From the NCBI GenBank assembly GCA_964589485.1, contig CAZPRK010000001.1:48369-112368 (forward strand): a stretch of DNA of 64,000 nucleotides. Reading direction: 5' to 3'. This DNA comes from an uncultured Methanosarcinales archaeon. Its GTDB lineage: Archaea; Nanobdellota; Nanobdellia; Woesearchaeales; CAYSVS01. Of this stretch, positions 16,016 to 25,054 are shown piece by piece (positions within the stretch are counted from its first letter, which is position 1; the number at the start of each line of letters is the position of its first letter). The position numbers were made by a program, and so were the translations under genes. The notes under the pieces are model-generated. The model did no database searches. It worked only from the letters and a program-made list of their open reading frames with translations, and was not told the DNA's origin.

Positions 16016-16981
16016 ATGAATAAACCTTTAGATTTAACTCTCGAAATCAACAATAAATGTAATTTAAAGTGTAAACATTGTCAAATTTGGAAAGAACGTC
16101 CATTTTATGAATTAAATATCAACGAAATTAAAGATACAATAACTAAACTAAAAAATAAATATTCAGAAATAACTAATATTTCATTAACAGGTGGAGAATG
16201 TTTCTTAAATAAAGATATTGAAAAAATCATAGTATTATTAGCTAAATTACAAACTAACAATATCATTAAAGAATTTGATTTAGTTTCGAATGGATTTTTT
16301 TATGATAAAATTAAAGACATTTTCATCAGAAATAAAGAATTAATAACCAAATCTAAATTTTCAATAGCATTTAGTGTTGACGGTTTAAAAGAAAATCATA
16401 ATAAACAAAGAGGAAATCCAAAAAGTTTTCAAGAATTAGAAAAAAGTATTGATTTTTTTATAACTAATTTCCCTAACATTAACACTTCGGTTAAATTTAC
16501 TGCAACTAACATAAATTATAAAGATACATATAATCTATTTCTTTGGTGTAAAAATAAAAACATTAATTTTGCACCAAAAATAGTAGAATTTGGAACTAAT
16601 AATTATTACCATAGAAATGGAACTTCTGAGTTAAATGAAAACACTCAAGAAATGATAGAATATATGAAAAAAGTTTTTCAAAATTTATTAACTGAACCAT
16701 TAGTAGAAAAAAAAGGGATTAAACTTCATTTAGATTACTTAAATACGAATAAATTTTGTAAAAATAGTTGTTATACTCCTTGGCAAAGTTTATTTATTGA
16801 TTCTAGAGGTAAAATTTTTCCTTGTATTTATTATGACCCTATTACTAACATCCATGAAAATAACTGGGAATTTAAAATTAACAATCAAGAACATAAACAA
16901 TTAATTGCAATGGGTCTTAAGAAAACATGTAAAGGATGTCTTGCATATCATGGGTTCTTAAAACCATATAATTTAAAATGA
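16016..16981 (+). CDS. Radical SAM protein with C-terminal SPASM/Twitch-like domain
   Basis: CNLKCKHC, LTGGE and SVDG motifs. C-terminal CYTPW...IFPC...CKGC. Confidence 0.9.
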   Translation: MNKPLDLTLEINNKCNLKCKHCQIWKERPFYELNINEIKDTITKLKNKYSEITNISLTGGECFLNKDIEKIIVLLAKLQTNNIIKEFDLVSNGFFYDKIKDIFIRNKELITKSKFSIAFSVDGLKENHNKQRGNPKSFQELEKSIDFFITNFPNINTSVKFTATNINYKDTYNLFLWCKNKNINFAPKIVEFGTNNYYHRNGTSELNENTQEMIEYMKKVFQNLLTEPLVEKKGIKLHLDYLNTNKFCKNSCYTPWQSLFIDSRGKIFPCIYYDPITNIHENNWEFKINNQEHKQLIAMGLKKTCKGCLAYHGFLKPYNLK

Positions 16982-17652
16982 TAATTATACGAAATGACGA
17001 TGTTGGATTAGAAAATAAAACTTTTATTAAATTTAATAATTGGATTAATGAATTAAACATTCCATGTACTTACGCAATCATACCATATTATATCAATAAT
17101 GAATTAAAAAATAAAATAAGTAAAAATATAGAAATAGTTATGCATGGATATAAACACAAAAATTATAGTAACAATGAAATTAAATACGAATTTGGAGATT
17201 CAAGAAATTATGAACAACAATTACATGACTTAACTGAAGCAAATAACATTTTTGAACATCATTTTCCGAATCAAGAAAAAATATTCATTCCTCCTTGGCA
17301 TAAAATAAATCAAGATACAATTAAAGCGTTAAATAAACTAAATTATAATAAAATTAGTCTATCTTATTTAGAAAAAAAACAAAAAACTCCTTTTCAAATT
17401 AGTTGGATTCATATTATTTTTCATCCAAAATTAACTAAAAAGAAAGACCTTCCTGAATTAATAAAAAAAATTATAGCTTTATGTCAAAATCAATGGTATG
17501 TGGGGATTAATATGCATCATCATTTTATGACTAATAGGGAAGAAGAAGAAACGACTAAATTATTCTTAGAATTAATTAAACAAATTTCAATAAAATATAA
17601 CATAAAATTAGGAAAAGTTACTGATTCATACAATAATCACGAACAGAATTAA
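16978..17652 (+). CDS. Polysaccharide deacetylase-family (DUF2334-like) protein
   Basis: IRNDD, MHGYKH, FIPPWH and MHH metal-binding motifs. Confidence 0.8.
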   Translation: MIIIRNDDVGLENKTFIKFNNWINELNIPCTYAIIPYYINNELKNKISKNIEIVMHGYKHKNYSNNEIKYEFGDSRNYEQQLHDLTEANNIFEHHFPNQEKIFIPPWHKINQDTIKALNKLNYNKISLSYLEKKQKTPFQISWIHIIFHPKLTKKKDLPELIKKIIALCQNQWYVGINMHHHFMTNREEEETTKLFLELIKQISIKYNIKLGKVTDSYNNHEQN

Positions 17653-18703
17653 CAACTAAATTTAATTCTTCATCAGGTAAAAAAGGAGATAATGGAAGAT
17701 GCACACCTTTTTTTTCATATTGCAAAGCTACATCTAATCCTTGAACATCTTGCTTAAATAAATTTAATGAAGTTAAACATTTATAAGACGGATCTAAATC
17801 AATATCTTTTCCTCTTAAATAAGTTCTTAATTTTTCTCTTTCATCTAACTCAATAACATAATGCTGCCTGATAGACTCAGCATACGTGGGATCTTTTGTT
17901 ACTTTAACAACGTCACCTAATTCTTTTTCATAAAAATTTTGCATTTTTAATTTAGATTTTCTAAGTAAATCAAAAACTTTAATTTTTACATTAATATTTG
18001 CCAACTCCAATAAACTTAACCTTGCAGCTGCACGTCCAAAATCCAAAACTGATAAATTATCATTTTCAATATCTAGCATTCCCGGAACTTGTGATGCAAT
18101 TTCATCATCATCATAAACAATACATCCTCCAGTATATCCTGGAACATTTTTATGCATAGTAAAACTAAATGCAGCTACATCGCTAAATTGACCAGTTAAT
18201 TTACCATTGTAAGTACTTCCGTGACTTTGGCAACAATCTTCTACTATTTTCAATCCATGTTTATTTGCAATTTCTTGAATTGCATCCATGTCACAAACAT
18301 GTCCAAACATGTGAACTGGAAGAATTGCTTTTGTTTTAGAAGTAATTTTACTTTCAATTTTAGTATGATCTATAACATAATATTCATTTGCATCTATAAA
18401 TATTGGTTTAGCTCCCAATTCTAATATTGGTAAAGCTGTTGCATAATATGTTAATGCTGGAACAATTATTTCATCTCCAGGTTTAATCCCAATTAATGTT
18501 AATGCTAACTTTAAGGCAGTTGTACCTGAATCTACAAATTTACAATGTCTTCTTCCAATAAAGTTACTCATATTTTTTCCAACTTGAACTTCATATGCTT
18601 CATGATCATGTAAACTCATTAAATCTAATACTTTATCAAACTCAGAAATCAAATGTTTCTTAATTAATTTATTTATCCTTAAATCTGTCGTGTATAAAGT
18701 CAT
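17618..18703 (-). CDS. DegT/DnrJ/EryC1/StrS-family PLP sugar aminotransferase
   Basis: SGTTAL, KPGDEIIVP, PVHMFG, EDCCQSHG and FSFTMHKN motifs. Confidence 0.92.
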   Translation of the reverse strand: MTLYTTDLRINKLIKKHLISEFDKVLDLMSLHDHEAYEVQVGKNMSNFIGRRHCKFVDSGTTALKLALTLIGIKPGDEIIVPALTYYATALPILELGAKPIFIDANEYYVIDHTKIESKITSKTKAILPVHMFGHVCDMDAIQEIANKHGLKIVEDCCQSHGSTYNGKLTGQFSDVAAFSFTMHKNVPGYTGGCIVYDDDEIASQVPGMLDIENDNLSVLDFGRAAARLSLLELANINVKIKVFDLLRKSKLKMQNFYEKELGDVVKVTKDPTYAESIRQHYVIELDEREKLRTYLRGKDIDLDPSYKCLTSLNLFKQDVQGLDVALQYEKKGVHLPLSPFLPDEELNLVVNSVRDYCMNQ

Positions 18704-19814
18704 TTAATAATTCCTCAGTTTTTTCTAATCCCATAAACCATTCAAAGTTTATTGTAGTTTCTTTATTTCTAAGTAAATCTAATTCTGCTTTTATAATTTC
18801 TGGTTCAATTTCGGCAAATTCTATAACTCTAGACCCAAGTATATCTTTTAACATATTGCATCTGTAATACTGTTCTTGATCTATATTTTTTGGTTTAGGA
18901 ATAAGTAAACTTTTAGTTTTATTTGTATATAATAATTGGACTCCTGTACCATACCCACACATACTTACTGAAAATTCAGATTCTGATAAAGTTCCAGTAA
19001 ATTCTTTTTGATTTAAATGTGTATGAAGTACTAACTGTCCATTTTTAATTTGATCTAAATATTTTAAATTTATTTTATTAAACAATTCATCTTCAGATGA
19101 AATTCCTAAAACTAAAACTATTTTTAAATTTGTCAACAAACATCCATCTATAAGTTTAAAAATATATTCATCTCCAACAATTCCACTTCCCCTTGTAATC
19201 ATTATTTGATTAATAACATTATTACTCAAAGTAGAACCTATTGGTAAAATATAATTTGTAAAATATACATTTTTTCTGTTAGATAAATAATCCAAAGTTG
19301 CAGACTTTCCAAAATATTGTCTAATATATTTAGGATCTAAATCTTCAGGACAATGAATTAATATTGCATCATAAAATTCATCAACAATTTTATTTTTATC
19401 TTCTCCGTAAAACCCTAAAGGATATCCTAAACTACAAACAATTTTAGTATTGTTTGACTTCAATTTTTTTAATAAAGGAATCAATTCATATTTTAATTCT
19501 ACATATTGAAAAGGAAAAGATAATATAATAACAATATCTGGATTAAAGTTAATAACTTCTTTAAATAATGTTAAAACTCTAAGTTTCATTACTTTTGTAT
19601 TTACAGTCTTATACAAAAAATCATGTAAAGTTGCTTTATTATGTAAAGGAAAAGGCATATTAATTAAATTATATTCAGATAAATCTAAATTAAATTTAGG
19701 ACCAGCATTAATTATTTTAACTTCATTTTCTTTAGAAAGATGTTTAGCAATACTTAATACTCTTTGAGTTTCACCCAAAGTTTCTGCATGGGTAAAATAA
19801 ATTAAACATTTCAT
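18669..19814 (-). CDS. GT-B glycosyltransferase (GT28 C-terminal-like)
   Basis: N-terminal THAETLGE..R, plus TRGSG, SMCGYGT and EQYYR motifs. Confidence 0.75.
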   Translation of the reverse strand: MKCLIYFTHAETLGETQRVLSIAKHLSKENEVKIINAGPKFNLDLSEYNLINMPFPLHNKATLHDFLYKTVNTKVMKLRVLTLFKEVINFNPDIVIILSFPFQYVELKYELIPLLKKLKSNNTKIVCSLGYPLGFYGEDKNKIVDEFYDAILIHCPEDLDPKYIRQYFGKSATLDYLSNRKNVYFTNYILPIGSTLSNNVINQIMITRGSGIVGDEYIFKLIDGCLLTNLKIVLVLGISSEDELFNKINLKYLDQIKNGQLVLHTHLNQKEFTGTLSESEFSVSMCGYGTGVQLLYTNKTKSLLIPKPKNIDQEQYYRCNMLKDILGSRVIEFAEIEPEIIKAELDLLRNKETTINFEWFMGLEKTEELLNDFIHDRFKDK

Positions 19815-19815
19815 T

Positions 19816-21201
19816 TTAAACCCAATTATTTTTTAACCAATGAGAATATGATTGTTCTAATGCTATTTTTTCAAATAAATATGTATATTGAAAAGAATGA
19901 ACTTTATGTGTAAATGTTTCTGTAATTGAAGGAATAGGATTTTTAAATTGTTGATATACTGAAACTTGATCTATACCCATATAAGCTCTAAATGGAGAAT
20001 AATAATAAAATAAATCAGTAAAACTAGACATCCAAAATGCAAGTAAATCGTCATTAGTAAAAACTTCTTTGGCATCCATATCTACTGTTCCAATCTTAAA
20101 AGTGTCATCAGTATACATCCTTCCTTCATCTGAAAAATATAACCCACCATCAAAATTATAAACCATAACTGTCCTCCCGCCAGATGAAAAGTTAGTTAAA
20201 TCAACATATAAAGGATCTTTTTCTGCAATTAATTTACGTAATTTAATATGAGCACCACGTTCATTTACTTCAATCCCTTTAGCATTTAATTCAGAAATAT
20301 AATCCATTGCTTCTTTCCAAAATAAATTAAAATCATCTGCAGAATAAGATAAATTATCCCAAGTTGTTAATGCATCTCCTAAACTATTTAATGGTCTTAG
20401 GTGAATTGACTGTATACCCAATCTTACATATTCATCTATTATTTCTTTTGGATATTTTAAAGAATTTTTAGAAATTGTTGCCAATACTCCAACAAAAGGA
20501 TTAATTCCTCTTTTTTTTTGTTCTTCTTTCACCATTTCTATTTTTTGAATTACTTCATCATAACTTCCTTCTCCAGTTGCAGTTTTTCTATGGAAATTAT
20601 GAACTTCTTTAGGACCATCTAAAGATGTACAAATAGATACATCATTATCTAAAAAAAAATCTAATTTTTCTTTATCTAAAAGTCCTAGATTTGAAACAAT
20701 AGTAATAACCATATTTTTTTTAATGGTTTGATTTAATTTTCGTAAATGAGTAATTATTAATTTAACAGTATTCCAGGCAATTAAACATTCTCCCCCTTGA
20801 AACTCAATTGTTGGAGAATCATTACTATTTTCCATTATCCATTTAACTACTTTCATCGCTACATCTTCTTTCATTAAACTTCTTCCACGACTAACTCCAG
20901 CATGACAATATGTACATCTTTGATTACAAGTATCAGTTACATTAATAATATGTAAACTTGGTTTAAAAAATAAATTTTTATTCAAACTACGATAAGTATT
21001 AACTATATTTTTAGTATTATTTTCATCAATAATAATTCCGCTTTTAATTAGTTTAGTTTGTAAATCTAAATCATAAGAAAAAGTTTTTAATTTTCTCAAC
21101 TCTTCTTTATCTAAAATAGTCCAACCACCAAAATATCCATTTACTACAAATTTATCTTTACTTACTTCTTTTTGAGTGTAAGGTAAAATACGTTCATTCA
21201 T
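19816..21201 (-). CDS. hxsB: His-Xaa-Ser system radical SAM maturase HxsB-like, lacking SPASM cysteines
   Basis: PSLHIINVT-CNQRCTYCHA, IEFQGGE, ICTSLDGPKEVHN, KEIIDEYV..G...IHLRPL and DEGRM motifs match HxsB as I recall the family. Confidence 0.82.
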   Translation of the reverse strand: MNERILPYTQKEVSKDKFVVNGYFGGWTILDKEELRKLKTFSYDLDLQTKLIKSGIIIDENNTKNIVNTYRSLNKNLFFKPSLHIINVTDTCNQRCTYCHAGVSRGRSLMKEDVAMKVVKWIMENSNDSPTIEFQGGECLIAWNTVKLIITHLRKLNQTIKKNMVITIVSNLGLLDKEKLDFFLDNDVSICTSLDGPKEVHNFHRKTATGEGSYDEVIQKIEMVKEEQKKRGINPFVGVLATISKNSLKYPKEIIDEYVRLGIQSIHLRPLNSLGDALTTWDNLSYSADDFNLFWKEAMDYISELNAKGIEVNERGAHIKLRKLIAEKDPLYVDLTNFSSGGRTVMVYNFDGGLYFSDEGRMYTDDTFKIGTVDMDAKEVFTNDDLLAFWMSSFTDLFYYYSPFRAYMGIDQVSVYQQFKNPIPSITETFTHKVHSFQYTYLFEKIALEQSYSHWLKNNWV

Positions 21202-21400
21202 TTTCTCTCACCTTAGCCAAAACATAATTAGCAAATTCAAACGGTAAAATTGAATCATCTTTAAATTCTATAATAACAAAAGAATCTTCTTCAACTAAAC
21301 TTACTTCATATTCTTTTTTAAACTCAAGCATAGTTTCCAAAATATATTTTTTTGGATAAAATTCTAAAGAAAGTTTAATTTTGTGAGACATCTTTCTCAA
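21194..21400 (-). CDS. HxsD-like small protein
   Basis: 68 aa with FYPKKYI...EF and EFANYVLA. Directly upstream of hxsB. Confidence 0.7.
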   Translation of the reverse strand: MRKMSHKIKLSLEFYPKKYILETMLEFKKEYEVSLVEEDSFVIIEFKDDSILPFEFANYVLAKVRENE

Positions 21401-21758
21401 CTTCTTCTAATAATTTATTTATTTCTTGTTCTTCGGCATCTTCAACTAATTTTGGTGAAGCTGAAAATAAAGCTCTTTGTAAAACTGCATTTATTACATC
21501 TTTATTTTGTTCAAATTGATTAAAATAATTAGTTATTGAAATTAAGTCATTAAAAAATCGTTGAGCAGTTTGATCTAGATTTACGTCTTTTTTTGGTTTA
21601 ATTTTCACAATAACTTCATCATTTAAATTTCCATCTAATAAAACATAAAAATCATCCAAATAAACATAAGTAGTAGCATATATATTTTTCAAAGAATACA
21701 TTTTTGGATTTAATGTGATTATTAAAGCATTATTTTCAATTTTATAGTCTGTTGTCAT
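21375..21758 (-). CDS. hxsD: His-Xaa-Ser system protein HxsD-like
   Basis: LNPKMYSLKNIYATTYVYLD...FFNDLI...VLQRALFS pattern and operon context. Confidence 0.75.
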   Translation of the reverse strand: MTTDYKIENNALIITLNPKMYSLKNIYATTYVYLDDFYVLLDGNLNDEVIVKIKPKKDVNLDQTAQRFFNDLISITNYFNQFEQNKDVINAVLQRALFSASPKLVEDAEEQEINKLLEEVEKDVSQN

Positions 21759-21780
21759 AAAAATAAAAGATAAAATTTCG

Positions 21781-22551
21781 TTATATATAGTTTTCGCTTT
21801 TCGAAACTATCTTTATATATTCTTTATTCTTATTAAGTAATTCATTAAGTAACTCATTCTTCATTAATTCATTTAATAATGATATATCTTTTTCAAGGCA
21901 CCCTTTAGTAACTCCATTTAAAGCTTCTTTTAATTCAACATTCCATTTAGAATTTACACAATTTCGTAATTCTTCAAAATTAATACTTTCTTTTTTAGAT
22001 AATAAAGAAATTTCTTGTGCAAATATAATATCCATATATCTTTGAGAATTTTCTACTAACTTAGATAAAACTGCAATTTTAGGATTTGTCCATATTAAAT
22101 TATTAAAATCCATAAAATTATCCAAAAATTCAATAGTTTTTTCTTTTGATTTTACATCTATAGGTCCAATTACCCTTTTCAAATTAAATATTTGGTGTTG
22201 ATTATCATTTTCACTAAACCTATGTGGAAAAAATGATAAAAAACTATCATTAGAATTAACTTTTTTTATTATATAATCTACATCTTTCAATGAAATAGTT
22301 GATTCAACTAAAATTAAAGGTTTATTTTCAAAATTAATAGAATTAATAATATCTAAAACTTGATTTGAAGTGTATACTGTAATAAAATAATAATCTGCAT
22401 TTATTTCAGAAACAGAATTAAAACAACTAATACCTTGTATAAATTTGTTTGAATCAATATCAACACCAATAACTTCAAAATTATCACAAGGTAACAAATC
22501 CTTTACTAAAGTATTTCCAATCTTACCCAATCCCACTACTGCAATTTTCAT
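21781..22551 (-). CDS. Nucleotide-sugar (UDP-glucose/UDP-ManNAc-type) dehydrogenase, lacking the C-terminal domain
   Basis: VVGLGKIG Rossmann motif, VESTI, KLVENSQR and GCLEKD. Only 256 aa. Confidence 0.75.
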   Translation of the reverse strand: MKIAVVGLGKIGNTLVKDLLPCDNFEVIGVDIDSNKFIQGISCFNSVSEINADYYFITVYTSNQVLDIINSINFENKPLILVESTISLKDVDYIIKKVNSNDSFLSFFPHRFSENDNQHQIFNLKRVIGPIDVKSKEKTIEFLDNFMDFNNLIWTNPKIAVLSKLVENSQRYMDIIFAQEISLLSKKESINFEELRNCVNSKWNVELKEALNGVTKGCLEKDISLLNELMKNELLNELLNKNKEYIKIVSKSENYI

Positions 22552-23129
22552 TCTAATACTCTAAGAAAAGCTTGTAAATCTTTTCGGTTTCTCATTTCAT
22601 AAGGATCTTTAGCAAAAGAATATATTTGGTTTTTTAATTTATATTTTTTACATAACTTTAAATTTTGAATTATTCTTCCTATAAATTTAACTCTATTTCC
22701 TTTTAATATTTCATTAAAATTAAATCCAATAATTATATCTTTTTTCTTGGCTAAAACACTTAAAACTTGATTTAATCCACTTTCTCTATGATGTACAGAA
22801 TCACTTATTGGACTTAATTCTAAATCATAAACTAAATTGATCTTTTTTTCAAAAAAAGTCCTAGTAGGATTTTTTACAATAATAAAATCAGTTTTTTTCT
22901 TTGCTTTTACCATTTCTTCAATTTTATCTATTTGAATAGCTAATTTAACTTTTATTTTATCGGATTTAAAGTTTACAAAATCCTCTAAACTGTAACAAAA
23001 GTATATTTCATTATATCCTAACTGTAATGCTATTTCTATAAATTCATTTTCATTTCCTTTAGGAAACACAATATCTCCATTCATAATAGGTAGTAACAAG
23101 ATATTGAATTTAAAAGTATTTATTTTCAA
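22548..23129 (-). CDS. RNase P subunit p30 (Rpp30)-like PHP-fold protein; probable start at ATG 23084
   Basis: SGLNQV...AKKKDIIIGFNF and SFAKDPYEMR..DL motifs. Confidence 0.7.
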   Translation of the reverse strand: MKINTFKFNILLLPIMNGDIVFPKGNENEFIEIALQLGYNEIYFCYSLEDFVNFKSDKIKVKLAIQIDKIEEMVKAKKKTDFIIVKNPTRTFFEKKINLVYDLELSPISDSVHHRESGLNQVLSVLAKKKDIIIGFNFNEILKGNRVKFIGRIIQNLKLCKKYKLKNQIYSFAKDPYEMRNRKDLQAFLRVLE

Positions 23130-23141
23130 TATAGAAATAAA

Positions 23142-24017
23142 TTAAACCAATTCATACAATTCGCAAGCCTTACAAATTTCTCCACGCGAAGGTTGATCGC
23201 ATTTCATACACAAGTTAGGTTCCTCAGAAGTTGCAAATTTTTTCTTTAATTTTGGTAAAATATTAATAAAATTATTAATAATATTTTCTTTAGTTCCTTT
23301 GTGATTGTTTTCATATTCATTTAATAAATCTCTTACTGTTGCACGATAACTTAATCCTGTATATTTACATTCAGTATATTTGATTTTAAATTTTTTTATC
23401 AAAGTATACACTAAAACTTCTTTTTCTCTCATAAAATATAAAGGTTTGACACGTTGTGTGAAAAAATGCCTATATTTTTTTAAGCCTGATTTTGGACCAA
23501 GTCTTGCCAATAATTCAACATTTCCTCTAAATAAATTTACTAAAACGCTTTGACATTCATCATCTAAATTATGCCCTGTAATTATTTTATCATACCCTTT
23601 TGAATGTTTATTTAACAAATATCTTCTAAATGTTCCACAAATATGACAAGGTTTAAATTTAGTTTTTTTAATCATTTTATCTAAAGGAGAACCAAATTCT
23701 TTTTCAAAAGCTACAATTTTTAATGGAATTTTATATTCATTACAAAATAATTTTAAATCTTTAAGTGTATGTTCTCTATAATATTTTATTCCTTCATCAA
23801 TAGCTAATGCTGTCACATTTCCAAAAAATTTATTGACTAAATATAAAACAGTTAAACTATCTTTCCCTCCAGAAACTGCAATCATAGTTTTATCTTTTTT
23901 TTCAATTAAGTCAAACTTTTTTATAGTGTTAAATACTTTTTTTTCAAAATATTTAACAAAATGTTCACTACAATATTTAGGATATATTGCTTTTTTTACA
24001 CACTTTGAACATTTCAT
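23142..24017 (-). CDS. ncsA: tRNA 2-thiolation protein NcsA/TtuA/Ctu1 family
   Basis: N-terminal Zn finger, AVSGGKDS PP-loop, CHICGTFRR, TGHNLDD and C-terminal Zn finger. Confidence 0.9.
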   Translation of the reverse strand: MKCSKCVKKAIYPKYCSEHFVKYFEKKVFNTIKKFDLIEKKDKTMIAVSGGKDSLTVLYLVNKFFGNVTALAIDEGIKYYREHTLKDLKLFCNEYKIPLKIVAFEKEFGSPLDKMIKKTKFKPCHICGTFRRYLLNKHSKGYDKIITGHNLDDECQSVLVNLFRGNVELLARLGPKSGLKKYRHFFTQRVKPLYFMREKEVLVYTLIKKFKIKYTECKYTGLSYRATVRDLLNEYENNHKGTKENIINNFINILPKLKKKFATSEEPNLCMKCDQPSRGEICKACELYELV

Positions 24018-24212
24018 TTATCCACCACTTACAACTGAAAGTAATTTAATTTCATCTTTATTATCTAACATTTCATCTTCTAAAATCAATTCATTATTTC
24101 TAATTGGTAAAACTTCTTCAGGATTAATCTTAATTTTTTCAAATAATCCTTTTAATTTTCCACTATAATTTATATTAATTGTTTTATTTTTATGTTCAAT
24201 ATATACTTTCAT
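24018..24212 (-). CDS. Ubiquitin-like sulfur carrier (SAMP/ThiS/MoaD family)
   Basis: 64 aa ending VVSGG, adjacent to ncsA. Confidence 0.9.
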   Translation of the reverse strand: MKVYIEHKNKTININYSGKLKGLFEKIKINPEEVLPIRNNELILEDEMLDNKDEIKLLSVVSGG

Positions 24213-25054
24213 TTTAATTCCTCAATCTTATTCTTAATTTCTTTATCAGATAATGCAATTAAAGGTCTTAATTCGATCAATTCATCACCTAATACTTTAA
24301 AGTTACTTACATTTTGTCCAAGGACTATAACTTTACTTAATTCCTTTATTTCATTTAATGAATTTATTTTAATTGATTTTAATTTATAATATTTATCAAG
24401 CCATGTTTCGCCTATTTCTTTTTTAGAAATAAGAATTACTTTACTTCCTCTTCTCATCATAAAAAAAGCTGCCAAATAATCTTGATCTTTTTCAATGTAA
24501 CAATATAAAATTTTACTACTACTTATAGGCATTCCTCCGATAGCTTTAATTTTTTTACAATAAATTAAACTAAATTTAGGATAAATTTCAACCCCGATTT
24601 CTTCTTGAAAATCTTTCAAAGAAACTTTTGCGGAAGTATTTTCTAAAACATATTCACCTATTTTTTTTTCTAATTCATTGGATTTAATTTTAAATTTTTT
24701 ATCTATTCGTTTTACACTTACTCTAAATGTAGTTTTATCACCAAAATCAATAACTTCAAGTACTTTTTTATTAATATCTTCTAAATTAGATTGGGTAATT
24801 AAAGCATGACTAAAACCAACTACACCAAAAACCTTACTTAAGTCATATTTTTCATCTGTATGAATAAAAATTCTTCCTCTTCTTTTAGATATTTTATCAT
24901 AACTTAAGTTATTTTCATTTAAATAAAGTTTAATATTATTTACCAATATCTGTTCAAAAGTACTTCTATTTCTACCTTTTAAAGCAATCTCCCCATATCT
25001 AATAATTATCATAATAAACACCAAAAAATCATAATCGTAATTTCTCCACAACAT
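24209..25054 (-). CDS. ThiI-like THUMP-domain protein with degenerate catalytic domain; probable start at ATG 25012
   Basis: IIRYGEIALKGRNR, TFRVSVKRIDK and GGMP are present, but the SGGxDS PP-loop is absent. Confidence 0.8.
   Translation of the reverse strand: MLWRNYDYDFLVFIMIIIRYGEIALKGRNRSTFEQILVNNIKLYLNENNLSYDKISKRRGRIFIHTDEKYDLSKVFGVVGFSHALITQSNLEDINKKVLEVIDFGDKTTFRVSVKRIDKKFKIKSNELEKKIGEYVLENTSAKVSLKDFQEEIGVEIYPKFSLIYCKKIKAIGGMPISSSKILYCYIEKDQDYLAAFFMMRRGSKVILISKKEIGETWLDKYYKLKSIKINSLNEIKELSKVIVLGQNVSNFKVLGDELIELRPLIALSDKEIKNKIEELK

Noticed and set aside
16016..16981. Calling the second radical SAM HxsC
   Set aside because: It has a C-terminal SPASM/Twitch-like Cys set, is paired with a deacetylase, and lacks features I associate with HxsC. 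I left it unassigned.
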